A stretch of 64,000 nt of DNA. Origin: Octopus sinensis (taxonomy: Eukaryota). How positions within the stretch are numbered: position 1 is the first letter of the stretch; the number at the start of each line of letters is the position of its first letter. Of this stretch, positions 38,114 through 50,318 are shown in pieces. The notes beneath the pieces are model-generated. The model had not been told where the DNA came from, made no database searches, and was given only the letters and a program-made list of their open reading frames with translations. Where the stretch lies: the NCBI RefSeq assembly GCF_006345805.1, contig NC_043016.1, positions 12,276,001 through 12,340,000 of the forward strand. The letters run 5' to 3'. Position numbers and translations under genes: made by a program.

Positions 38114-38614
38114 ATGGTGGCTGCCCCCTCGTTATCGAGTATAGCCATTGCACGAAGCTTAATCAATGTTGTTATCGTGCAATGCCTGTGCAAGAAGATT
38201 TTTTTTAAAGTGAGGAAAGGCTGTGCACTGAGTCAATCCCACTCACTAAGCAACAGTAGCCATAATCCGAAAAGAAGAACAAGTCAACATCATCGGTAAC
38301 CACTGAGCTGCAGGTTTTATGTCGGAGTTATCCCAGTTACCTGAGTTACCTTCTCCTAGAAGGATGCCCTAACAAAGGCTAGGAGTCCTTCACTCCCAAT
38401 GGTTTAACCACGCGATCGGGTATTCAGTCCGATTATTTCTATGTCCCCGCGCATGATACAGCCTTAAGACATTTATTGGATGGCCGTTGACTCTCAAGAG
38501 TTCCTCCGCCCTTTGACGGGTTTTGTTTTTCATCCCGCAGGGTGTCCAATAAACACCCTCCTCACCAAGCAAGCTTGGTGGGGTTGCCGGTTTAGTCGCC
38601 GACGACCCGACCAT
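38114..38614 (-). mobile_element. 501-bp repeat, copy 2 (inverted; ~60 bp longer at its 5' end)
   Basis: Reverse complement of 34771-35271. Confidence 0.75.
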
Positions 38615-38757
38615 GCAACAGGTTGTACTGGATTACATGTTACCAGTAGCACTCGAAAGTGACCTGACATAACATGCATATATACATACACACACACATA
38701 CATACATGCATACATTTATATTCCGAAGTGTACAGTATTTTACACCCATTATGACTG

Positions 38758-38840
38758 ATCTTACCAATCAGTTTCGCCCTAGGGATTCAACGGAGTGTTA
38801 GGTAACAATCCGATTGTGTAAGCCTGCGCTCATCAGAGCT
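38758..38840 (-). ncRNA. Minimal type-I hammerhead ribozyme motif
   Basis: agcu-CUGAUGA-GCGCAGG-(39 nt)-CCUAGGGC-GAAA-CUGAUUGG-UA/agau; intact core, G10.1-C11.1 pair, self-complementary stem III, GUA site. Confidence 0.65.
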
Positions 38841-41800
38841 AGCCGATATGAAATGAAATATGGCGACTGCTCTCTATTGTTGGAGGTGAATAGACACGTC
38901 CAGTTTGCGGTTGCTGTGAAAAAGATGATGAAACAAAACGATTAGGGGTTTGAGTTAAGAGTTATGCCCTTTGGTACCAAACCATAACCACTTGGGTGAT
39001 TATGTTGCAAGTCGGCAAGAATTTTCTGGAAGTGTTTGTGGGAAATGTGTGTGTCCTTAAGGTTGGTGTTCTTGTGGAAATGGATTTGTGTAGTGGTACT
39101 ATATGTATAACCTTTGCAGGGCGTGTGGACATACACATCTGTGTTCGTTAGTGTGCTTTTCTTTTATCTATCAGTTAAGTTCGTAGACCTTCATGTGTAC
39201 ATGCGGTGAGGGTATGGGTAAAATGAGTGTAAGAGTTTATATTGGAGGCTGGGGTGGAAAACAGTCTGTTGGGTATGTGTCCGCCATGTTGGGACGTGCG
39301 TATTTATTTGTGGGTGCGTTATTGTATGCCCTGGTCAAACTCTGAAGTGAGTCTGAATAGTCGTGCGAGAAGTCATGGACAGAAAGGCGGAGATAAGCAA
39401 AAGAAATTGCTCGACTATCATTTGTTATTTTATCTAGAGAATTGTATTTGATTAATTGTAACAACTTTAAAATATCATATTTGCTCGAGAAAAAGCATAG
39501 ATTTCTGTTTTAAGGTAATTTATTAACTAATAAAATACGCCGCACTTCAATAAAGTTTGCTTTCTTTCTTGTTTCCAGAATAATTGCTATGATGTTCCAG
39601 TGAAATTCGTATTTTGTATTCGAATTGCTAAGATAAAATGTGTACTTAGCTAGTTTAGTTGAATTATATAATTTAAAAAAAATATTTCTAAAGCTCTGTG
39701 TAAGTTGCAGCGACTCTTAAAGGAATTACATCTCATATCTGTTGATGTTATGACACTACATCTGTAAATAACGTTGCTTACTAAAACAATATCTCTAAGG
39801 GGACAAGTAGAAGTCGTTCTAAAGTTACAATTTAAGACAAAATGTTGTGAAACTGACTTGCATTCATTCATACATGTTTGAACTTTTATGATTAACCTTT
39901 GTTTCTGTATTATTAACAATATCATTGCCACTACTTACGTTATCTTTCTGTTTGGATGCTGCACATCACGTAGACTTACTATGTAACCGCCAAAGGGGTC
40001 CTATTTGCATCTAGATATCCAGCCTTGTCATCTTACTACACTCTACCTCCTCTGGCTCGGTCACATATATCCCCTGTCATATAAGTTCCCGAAAGGCCTC
40101 CAGCAAGAGAACAGAGGGCCGACCACGTCTTCGTTTTAAAGATATCTACGTGTGCGACATAAAATCTTTTTAAGGGTATTTCTCGTGATATCTCCAACAT
40201 GAGATTGGAACTGAAGAGTTTAAAAAGACGAAAGGAGAAGTTTAGACATGCTGATAAAGAAAAGTAAAATGAGGGGGAAACAACACAGGAAGCTTAGTGG
40301 CTGAAGGCAGATCTGTCATTCATGTGTGGGTCTCTTACAGACACGACACATGCCAACAAAGCCGAAGCAAAACTTTCTGATGCAAGCCAAAAGTATGCTT
40401 CCAATTCAAATATATGTGTGACGTGGGAGGGGAGGGAGCATGTGTGTAGTGTGCCGAATTTAAAGCAGTTGAGTGGTAGAATTATGATGTTCCTGCAGTT
40501 TTTCAGGTATTCTATCACAATTAGGTTTCCATATTTAAATCAATCGGCTTCTCACTTTTCAAACAGACATCACTTTTTCCCGCCTCAAGTGAAAGCGTTT
40601 AAAAAAAGGAAGAAACAAAAGCACGAAAAACAAAACAAAACATCTTCAATATTGACCATTTTAAAACGTTACATTACTATTCAGTTACACACGCGCGCGT
40701 GCGGACGCGCGTTTTGAGTGTTATTTATATTCTTTTTACAAAATCTGTATATAAATATAAATTTAATGATTTCTGTCCAAATTGTAATTAATCAACGGAT
40801 CTTTTCTAAAAGATGGACAGAATTTTCTACTTAACTAAACAATCAACTGCCCTGGTGTATGTGTGTGATGTTACGAATATAAGTTATGAAAAGATACCAT
40901 GAAAGAAGCTTACATTTCATTTTCCGTTACGGAATTGTTAAAGAAAACTACAAAAAAAAAATTTGTTTATTCTTTCCTTGTGTCTCACAGTTGCAAAGAA
41001 TATGGGGGGAAAGTATAGTGTTGTATTGTTCAACCTTTTTACTTGAGTATTAACGGGAGAATAAAGTAAAATGGTTAAAACTAGGGAGAGGAAGAGGGTC
41101 GCCGACTCTACATTTCAATGGGTGGTCAGTGGAGTTCCGGAAAAGTTACACTGCGTAAATGAATGAAAAATCGAGAGCAAATTTTGCTGGAATTGACACT
41201 TGAAGGTTTCGGAATAAATAAATGATATATTTTATTTAATCATGGCGTCAATTAATTTAATCGAACAAAAAGAAAAAAAAAGTTTAAACAAAATGGATTA
41301 ATAAAGAACGAGCTTAACGCTAATAAATCTTCAGCAATCTCTGTTTTTCTTTCTCTCTTGGCTTTAATTGTTGTTGTATATGCATTAATAATAGCAATTA
41401 AGAAGATTAGAAATTATACCGTCGCAAACAATACCATATAATCTGTCTTAATTGCTCCTATTAAAATAAAGAAAGCATTATAAAATTTAGTATTATAAAT
41501 TAATGATTATGTTAGAAACAATTACCATAATTAACTGAAGTCGATGTAATCAATTATACCCTTACTTTCTCAATTTGAGACTGTGCCTCTGTAAGAAAAT
41601 ATTAGTAGCAATAACTATTGAGTACTTTATATATACACACAGACACACACACTCATCCATACGTACAAACATATATACACACATTTATAGGTGTCTGTAC
41701 GTCGAACCGTTAGACATGGGACAAATAGACATAACGTAAACCTATAGACACGCTCTATATATATTTATGATCATGATGACGATAATACATATATATATAT

Positions 41801-42356
41801 ATGGAGAGAGAGAGAGAGAGAGAGTGCTTGTGTGTGTATGCGTCTTATATATATCCATACATTATGACAGATATAGGGGGGGGGTATACTATTGAAGGAA
41901 ATAAGCTTAGATGCATATAATAAGCACACACAATTATATAGTTATGTATGATATATATATAATGAATGACAGAAATAGAGGGTGTGTGCTTGTGCTTATA
42001 TATACGTAATATATGAAAAAAATGCTTCGCATATATATTTTATTACATACTTCCTACCATCACCCACTCATTCACGTATTTATATGGTTAGACTCCGATC
42101 AAAACACAAAGAAAGATAAAATAAGACACAATGAAGAGAAAGAAAAGGAAAATAGATATCTTTTAAAAAGAGATCTTAAATTAATTAACAAAGAACGAAC
42201 CGAACCAATGTTCGTTCCTTGTTAATTAATAATTCACTTATCACTTCTCATTGCTTTGTGGTGGGGGAAAATATTCATATTACTATATAAATATTTTATA
42301 TATATTATATATTATATATATTTTATATATTGTTGCTGTTCGCGTCATCCATATAT

Positions 42357-42383
42357 GTCACGTGACACGTGACACGTGACACG
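42357..42383. promoter_or_regulatory. Triple tandem CACGTG E-box upstream of Jupiter
   Basis: gtcacgtgacacgtgacacgtgacacg; CACGTG at 42359, 42366 and 42373, at the AT-rich to CpG-rich transition ~550 bp upstream of the ATG. Confidence 0.5.
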
Positions 42384-42913
42384 CACTCGTTTCGGTCGCG
42401 CGATCATCATCATCATCATCATCACCATCACTACCATCATCACCGTTATCATCATCGTCATAACAACAACAATAACAATAGTAATCAGCAGCAGCAGCAG
42501 TAGCAACCAGTAGTGCCGAGAAGCAGCGCTTTCAATCGCAGTCTCTCTCTCCCGACCTTGTCGCCCGCCGTATGTCTGTTACTCGCAATTGTATTTAGTA
42601 CTGTCGAAGCCTATTCACACACACACGCATATTCCTCTCTCTCAATTGTATATGTATATATATATCCATATCTAGATCTTCATCTGCATCTACGTTGTCC
42701 CTTCTTCCATCTAAGACAGACATTGTCAACACAGCAGCCTCAAATTTGATCAACCGTTTTGGCTTGGCTAAACCAAACCAAACCCCAGAGTGCAGCACAC
42801 ACAGCCTTATATATTAATTAATATATATATACACATTTACTTTTTTGTTGTGGTTTTTTGGGGTTGTTTTGTCTTTTTTTTTCCAACTGGATCAAAAAGG
42901 TAAAAAACGGAAT

Positions 42914-42966
42914 ATGACTTCCACAGAAATAAGATCGGGCTATAGCGAAAATAAACCATCATCGAG
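42914..42966 (+). CDS. Jupiter: Jupiter/HN1 (JPT1-like) microtubule-associated protein, coding exon 1
   Basis: ATG..MTSTEIRSGYSENKPSS(R) ends AG|gtaaat; the phase-2 join to 46664 rebuilds SSRVLKPPGGG. Confidence 0.85.
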
Positions 42967-43094
42967 GTAAATATTCCATGCTTTCTTTAAAAAAAATTCT
43001 TTTTGCTCACAATGTGTGTATATATTTGAATTATGCATCTGTATATATGTTTCTGTATGTTCCATGCATATCTATGTATAGACAGATATGTAGA

Positions 43095-43239
<145 letters not shown>

Positions 43240-46200
43240 TCCTACACACTCTTTCTCTCTCTATATATATATGATGAGTTTATTTGATAAGCAGACAGAC
43301 ATATAGAACGGTAAAGAGGAGTTACTATTTGTATTTTATAGTATTCAAAGAATATATACATATATTCAAGAATATATACATATATCTAAAAGTACCTATT
43401 TATACATACTTGTACTGCTTATCTTTGTTCCCCCTGGTACAGCTATGAAGGTATGTAAGCGGGTAGGCTTTCTTTTTCTCTCTTATCTCATACATTTTCC
43501 CTGGTTTCAGTTACCTTGTATTATTTCAAGCATTCGGATAGCAACATTTTGAATTGATGATGTTTCTTTAGAGCTGTTGTTGTTTTATCAAATCTAAAAA
43601 ACCTGAGGAGATTCTAGTGAAACGATGCTTTATTTATTATGGCTCCTTGTCAAACGATCAAGGAAATGAAGGGATACGTGTACGTACATTCTGCTGATTC
43701 AGTGTGTGCGGACTTATCAGACTATGTGTTTGTGTGTGTGTGTGTGTAATATATGGGTGTGGATAGTCTGACATTACACACACACACATAACTCTGTGTG
43801 TGTGTGTGTATTCTCTGATTATCCCCACCCATATATTATACATACTTACACTCACACTTCGTGTGTCTGCAGAACATATACACATATCCATTATATCCCT
43901 CATTTCCTCGTTCGTCTGGAAAGATCCATAATAAATAGTTGGTACTAACAGCAGGGTATATGTGTATTGTTGTGTGTATGTCTGTGTGTGTGAGAGAGAT
44001 AGATAATGTGTGTGTGTGCGTCTAGAGAAGAATACCATTCGTTCCCACCGAAGAAAACTGGTAAGGAAGTGCATTGGAACCACCTTACGAAAATAGTTCC
44101 AGCTGAAGTCTGTTTAAGGTAAACTCAAAAAAAGCCAACCCAGTGCAGACTTATATTTATTTTGTTGTGCACTTCTGTGATATATAAAGTGAACGTGTGT
44201 TTTGATGATACTTTAATGAAAGGATGATGTTTCGAAAGACCTCTTGGCAACAGGAAATGCATTCTAAAATTAATGGTATATTAATAATTATAGCTTAATG
44301 AGATTCGAATGAGGTTTTAGTCATCTTGTTAACCTCATCTATTTAAAATTTGTTATCTAGAATGTTTTTTGGACTATTCTTTCTTTCTTCCTGTCTCTGT
44401 CGGTGATAAAAGATAGGATCCGATATCGTAATCTAGCCGAAGAGAACGGCTGTGTTGGTGACGATCGGAAGAGAGGCCTTTATTGAAATGTACATTTCCC
44501 CTATAGAAATATATATAAATATGTTTTTATTAAATGAATGTGAGATCGATTTAACCATTCGTTCTTTCGAGAACGACAAAATACTAGTCCAGTACTGGAG
44601 TCGATGAAATCGACTATTGCCTTTCCACCAAAATTCCAGGCCTTGTACCTATGGTAGAAAGGATTGTCGGGTGGCAAAGCGAATCTTTTAGAGCTGTCAA
44701 ACAAAATGCCTTGCAGGCATTTTTGTCGATTCCTTACGATCAGAGTACAATTCCCACTCGGGTTCGATAAAACAGAGTACCAGCAGCTGAACACTGAGTG
44801 GTCGATGGCATCGATTAAATCGCCCTCCCCCCCTCAAAATCCTGGCCTTGTGTGCCTAAATCATAAAAACCGTTGCATTGATGTAAATTGTGTGACGAGA
44901 TGTGGTGCGTTTGTCAGGTTTGAAAGTTTCGACAAAGGAAAAGAGATTCAAATGACAGCAGCGTTTTGTGTCTATTTTCGTTCGGTTGGCGTCGTTCTTA
45001 CCATTCCACCATCATCACTTCGCAGAACATCCACATCACCGAAGACGATGTCACCAATGCTCTAGGGAAAGGCATGAATACTACACATTCTCTCCCCCCT
45101 CTCTCTCACTTGATGGCCTTTGTAATAAATACATCAGACTTTGTTGTTAATTATTATCTTGATAATATTTCTCCATCTTCAATGTTTTAGTTTATACCAA
45201 ACCATTTTATTTTACTGTGTCTTGGAGGTATATATATATAAATATAATCAACTAATGAGGGTGAGAAAGTTGGATACTAATTTAATAGTACATCCATTTA
45301 ACACCGTATATACCCGTTTAGACGACACTAAGATAATAATAAACTCGGTTTTCTAACAATTTTTCCCTCCCTAAAACAAAAATGGCATCGCACTGACTTT
45401 TACACAAATTAATAATTGTTGTGTAAATAATATTAAGGTTCACAAAGCAGCAGTTATAAATTCTTAAGAATAAAGACTTTGCTTTTTAGCAATTAGAATG
45501 TGTATCTTTCAATCTGTTAAAGCTTTATGAATTGATAATTTTCAGTTGTGTCTATTCTGGTTGGATGTTTTGTTTCAATTTTACATTTATTTTTAACGAC
45601 TAGAATTTTCTAAATATTTAGGAGAAGTCTTTGTTTTGCAGTTTTCTGTTTTTCACTGGCAGCGCAAGATTTTAGCAGCAAATCTTCTCTCTTTTCGTCG
45701 ATTTTCTTTTGTCTTTTTTTGTTGTGTTTGATAAAAAAATAAATTAACAGAAATAAAATGAGTTGACTGTTTAAGAACAAAAAAACCCAAAAGCCTGGAT
45801 GTAACTCCATCAAATAAAGGCCATCTCCCTCGGGTTAAGAATAGCTTTTCTTAAAAAATTTAGATGTCGTTTTGGCGCTGCTTATTCGTCTCGCTAATAA
45901 GGTCTATTCATTAGATGAGTTCGTGTGTAATAAATGAAATATTTGGGCTTAAGAATGAGAAGCCTGGTTGGTGAGGAAATGGATAGACGCACCGACATGA
46001 CTAATATACTAGAAAGAAAAAAAAAAAGAAAAAGATAAACAAAATCAGTTTCCTTACAACTAAAAATTAATTGATATCTCAACTAATACACTTAACTTCC
46101 CCGTTCAGCATATATTCACTTTGTGGCCCATTCAAACATATTTTTGTATGGATGCATGAATGGTTTTTCTCTTGTTAATATAATGAAGGGCGAAATTCTT

Positions 46201-46663
46201 TCATTAATGTCTTATGTTGTGGGATGGTCGTTCAATAATGCATGGCATTTCTAGAATGCAACAAATACCCAGTTAGTTATAAATTCTGGTTGTTTAAGAA
46301 TTCAAAAGCTGTAATACTAGTTAATAGTACTATTATTAGATTTCTTGTATGGTGACGTTTTCATTTTGTAAATTGACAACTGGTTCTTTTAAAAGTTCCA
46401 ACATTTTCCATATTTATTTTTAATCTGATGAATAGGTTTCCTTTTTGTTTCTTCAATCTAATGTCTCAAGCTATCGGAGCTGATCTAAAAATTACCTTAG
46501 AGGTTTTTAAACTTCACTAGTTTATTTTTTATAAAGGGCTAGGGGTATGTGTAGTATTGCAAAATACTTCAGGATATTTTATCTTTTTATTTACTATATT
46601 AAATCTTATTTACTGATAAAATTTTAAAGTTTTAATTTAATCTATTTTTTTGTTTGTTTGTAG

Positions 46664-46893
46664 GGTGCTGAAACCACCCGGCGGAGGAGAAAGTAATATA
46701 TTTGGTCCTGCAGTAGCGGGATCATCTGCAAATAGCAAAGTGAACCGCATGGAATCTAATGTGTTTAAAGAACCGGATACAAAACCTCAGCCTGCAGCAG
46801 CATCCAAGAAAGAAGATACCCATAATAACTTATTCGGCGAGCAAAAACTGAAAGTTAGGACTGATTTTAATGCTGCCACCGTGAAGGGTCAAG
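46664..46893 (+). CDS. Jupiter: Jupiter/HN1 (JPT1-like) coding exon 2
   Basis: ttttttgtttgtttgtag|G GTG CTG AAA CCA CCC GGC GGA GGA...CAA G|gtaatt; VLKPPGGGESNIFG and NRMESNVF match the HN1-family motifs SRVLRPPGGG and NKMASNIF. Confidence 0.9.
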
Positions 46894-48727
46894 GTAATTC
46901 TCTTTATATATGTGTGTGTGTGTTAGTAACTAAAATTATGTATGTACGGGAGTAAAGGCCCTTCTATAAATATGTACTGTTGTAGAAGATATTTTGTACA
47001 TTATTTTTTCCTGTGAACAGTGCGACGATTGTGTTTAATTGGAGATTGGGTGCAAATTGATGTTTGTTGGATAAAATATTATAACAGTAATAGAAAAGTC
47101 AGGTCCTAATTAATATCAGGCGATAGAACGAAAACTTTTTTTAACGATTTATGTGTGTATCAATCAGACAGGCAGTTTTCCTCTTGGTATTATATCAAAA
47201 ATGTAGGAAATATCCCATCCCTGATATTTCTTTAGAATTGAAGTATTTTAAGCATAAAAAGATATCCAAGCTATCTTCGTTGATGCGTATAAAACTGTTA
47301 AAAAGAGCCTGTTTATATGTTGATTCTAGAATGAAAACTCTAAATGTTTGGATCAAGGAGTTGTTCATAATATTTAATAGTTTTTCTCGGCGTTTTTCAA
47401 CATTTTCATTATAAATGTGATGACGATTTTCGATAAGGAAACATTGAAATCTGGCCTAGATTGTTGATATTCCAGCAGTGAACTTTGGAGTTAGAATTGT
47501 TCAGTTGATTAATCGAGTGTGTGATATTGTGATTATGGCCAGTGATTGGAGATTCAGATCCAGATGATTAATTAGTGTCAATCGTAGGGCAAATAAAAAG
47601 AGTTTGACCAAAGCCTATGCTTACACTGCAAGTCCATTTTGGCAGAATTATAAGCCTTCGGGCAAATCAACTGACTTCAAGATACAACATACATAGACCA
47701 GAATCAGGCCAGTAGGGTCCCCCAGCAACTTCCCAGTCTTTTAAGGCGACACTGTCACAATTATCGTTTTGATGGATATTATTATCTTTTTGTATCCAAT
47801 GCTAAAAACGCAATACGAGAAGTTGTAGACTTTTGGGAGAGAAATATGGCTTAGTCGTAGGCAGTGGAACCGGGGATTGGAGAGCACTATTCTTATATAT
47901 TTTCTTTACATTTATGCTTTTTAATGTGATTGTGTCTAAAGAAATTTAGATAACAATGAACAAATATGACAAAATGATTATATTTTCGAGGTTATTGTTT
48001 ATATAAAACGATCGTGTGCAAGGAATTCAAAACCTAACCAATAACTACTGCCTGTGAACATGCTTTTCTTTCAAGTATTCGTTCTGTAGACTAATTTACT
48101 GTTTTTCATTGCTTCCTCCCCCTCAACATGTGTTTGTATAATAATATGATGTTAGCTGACACCTCTCTTCCATTGATATGTCTTTAGTAATTTAGTACTA
48201 ATTTATGTGTTTTGATAACTTGAAACAAGACTCTACTCTTTTAACCAAACGACCTTAACGACTGTGTATATGTAATAAGATAATGTAGTTTTTCATACAA
48301 TCACATGAAGATGTCGGTTTACTTTGTTGCTCTTTGAGTGTGCTTGTTTGTATACAGTTATCTCAGACAACAAAGAATGGTCGAGCAAGTGCATGTGTAT
48401 GAGAAACCGTGTAGTGAAGAACAACTTAAACCCTACGAGTATGGTGTACTTTTCCCCATGTTTGTACGCCCAAACGTGTGTTCGTCATTGTGTGTGTGTT
48501 GTCCATTTATAAGCATTAAGGATTATTGTTTTAAAATACGGATTCAGCTGAGGACACATCCATATGTATGGAGTTTTATAATTTTGTTTGTGATTAAGCA
48601 GAAAAATACCCTGCCAACATTGCAGCATCTCTCTTCACTTTTCTTATACTCGGTCTTGGTATGGAGGTAATCGTATTTGTAATCATTTAAATTTGAATTG
48701 ATTGAATTGACAAAACTAGTTTGTCAT

Positions 48728-48801
<74 letters not shown>

Positions 48802-48803
<2 letters not shown>

Positions 48804-48990
48804 GAAGTAAACACATAAATGTGAAACAAGGTGGAAAAAAGAGTACTCAAATACCAGTGGTAGAGTAATATGCTTTATTTAGAGCAGCAGAAAATTCAAC
48901 AAAACCTGTTACTCTGAGTTTCCCGTTGCCGTTCGGAAACTCAGAGTAACAGGTTTTGTTGAATTTTCTGCTGCTTTAAATAAAGTATAT
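48802..48990. mobile_element. Penelope-like fragment with a 56-bp inverted repeat, inserted in (TA)n
   Basis: 48868-48923 pairs with 48935-48990 (2 mismatches, 11-nt loop); contains the 3' half of a hammerhead. Confidence 0.6.
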
Positions 48991-50099
48991 ATATATATAT
49001 ATATCCATCTCCATCTCGTTGGCTGGATACTAATTTTTTTCCCCCCAGCTTGGTTCTGCACGTACATGCATTTGTTAGAAGTGTAATACTGCTTTGTATA
49101 GTTAAAGAAAACCTGCAGTGGAGGCTGGGGAGAAATGAGATGAATTTGATTTGTTGAGTTTCAAGTATCAACTTGTACAAGTGTGCTGAGTTAGTGACTA
49201 GGCACTTGAGGAAGTATCAGCTGGTGTATGTAGTAGTGATGGTTTCGTTGGTAAGACATGTGATTGTGAATAGTAGATACTAACTACAATACTATGGGGA
49301 GACAGTGAGGTCATGTTTTGTAATGTTTGACATTTCAGGTCTCATAGTATATTGAAGTGACAATATGCCACATGGCTTGTCTGATTGAGCATGAAACTTA
49401 TATTAGCTCACATTTAAATCCTGTGTTCATTAAATGATACGTGCATGAGATATTAGCAGGATCTTAAGAGGTATGTTATTTCCTTGACTAACCAACAAAA
49501 CTTTCTGATTTGGGATGGCCTCTGTGGCTGGTTACACCTTGTTTGGCTATCATACAAGTTTATATGGGTAAGGTAATAGTTACAATACAGGAGGTCTAAA
49601 TATATACTGTTAGTAATAGAGGTAATTAGGTTGTGTGGTATATTATAAAGTTGTGGTTATTGATATAAAGCAGTTGTGAAGCCCTGAAAAAGGCATGGCA
49701 ATGACTACTGTTTTAATTTGGGCAGTGCTGAAGCTTTAGGAGAATATGGGCGACTGAATGAAAGTGTATAGAAAATCAATGTTGATATAAAAAAAGTTAA
49801 GTTACATACATCTAATATAAACATATATTTTATCTTTTATTACTTAATTTCAGGATGGAAGATATAAATTTATATATATTTAGTGGAATAAAATGAAATT
49901 AATTTCTTTGTCACTTGCATCAACTTGGTATCAAGAGCCAGATGTAATATAAAGCTGATAGCATAGACAAGCAACTATAGAATGTAAAAGAACAGTGTGT
50001 GTGTTTATATATAATTGGCCTCAGTCTCAAATTTTAGACTGTTATGGGCTCCATATACAGTTTTTTCAAACCTTTTAAATATTTTCAATTTAAGCTTAA

Positions 50100-50318
50100 C
50101 CCTTTCGCTACCGTATTTCTGTTGAGATGCTCTGAGTTTCTTTCAATTACTTTAAATATAACAAAGAATTTAGTAAAATAACTTAGTTATCATTAAGCTA
50201 GTGTTAGGAATATAAATTGTGACTAAGGTTTGGTGGAAGATTTTAATTGAAAATTTATGAAAGCAAGACATTTGTACTCAGAGCCAGAGCTGGTTTCAGC
50301 CGGGTTGCTAATGAAACG
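50100..50318. mobile_element. piggyBac-type MITE (9467 family, opposite orientation)
   Basis: ttaa|ccctttcgctacc; internal sequence matches the reverse complement of 9467-9687; right end decayed. Confidence 0.7.

Noticed and set aside
48368-48440. Candidate Jupiter exon (QQRMVEQVHVYEKPCSEEQLKPYE)
   Set aside because: The protein-like frame needs phase 2 but exon 2 exits in phase 1; donor is weak
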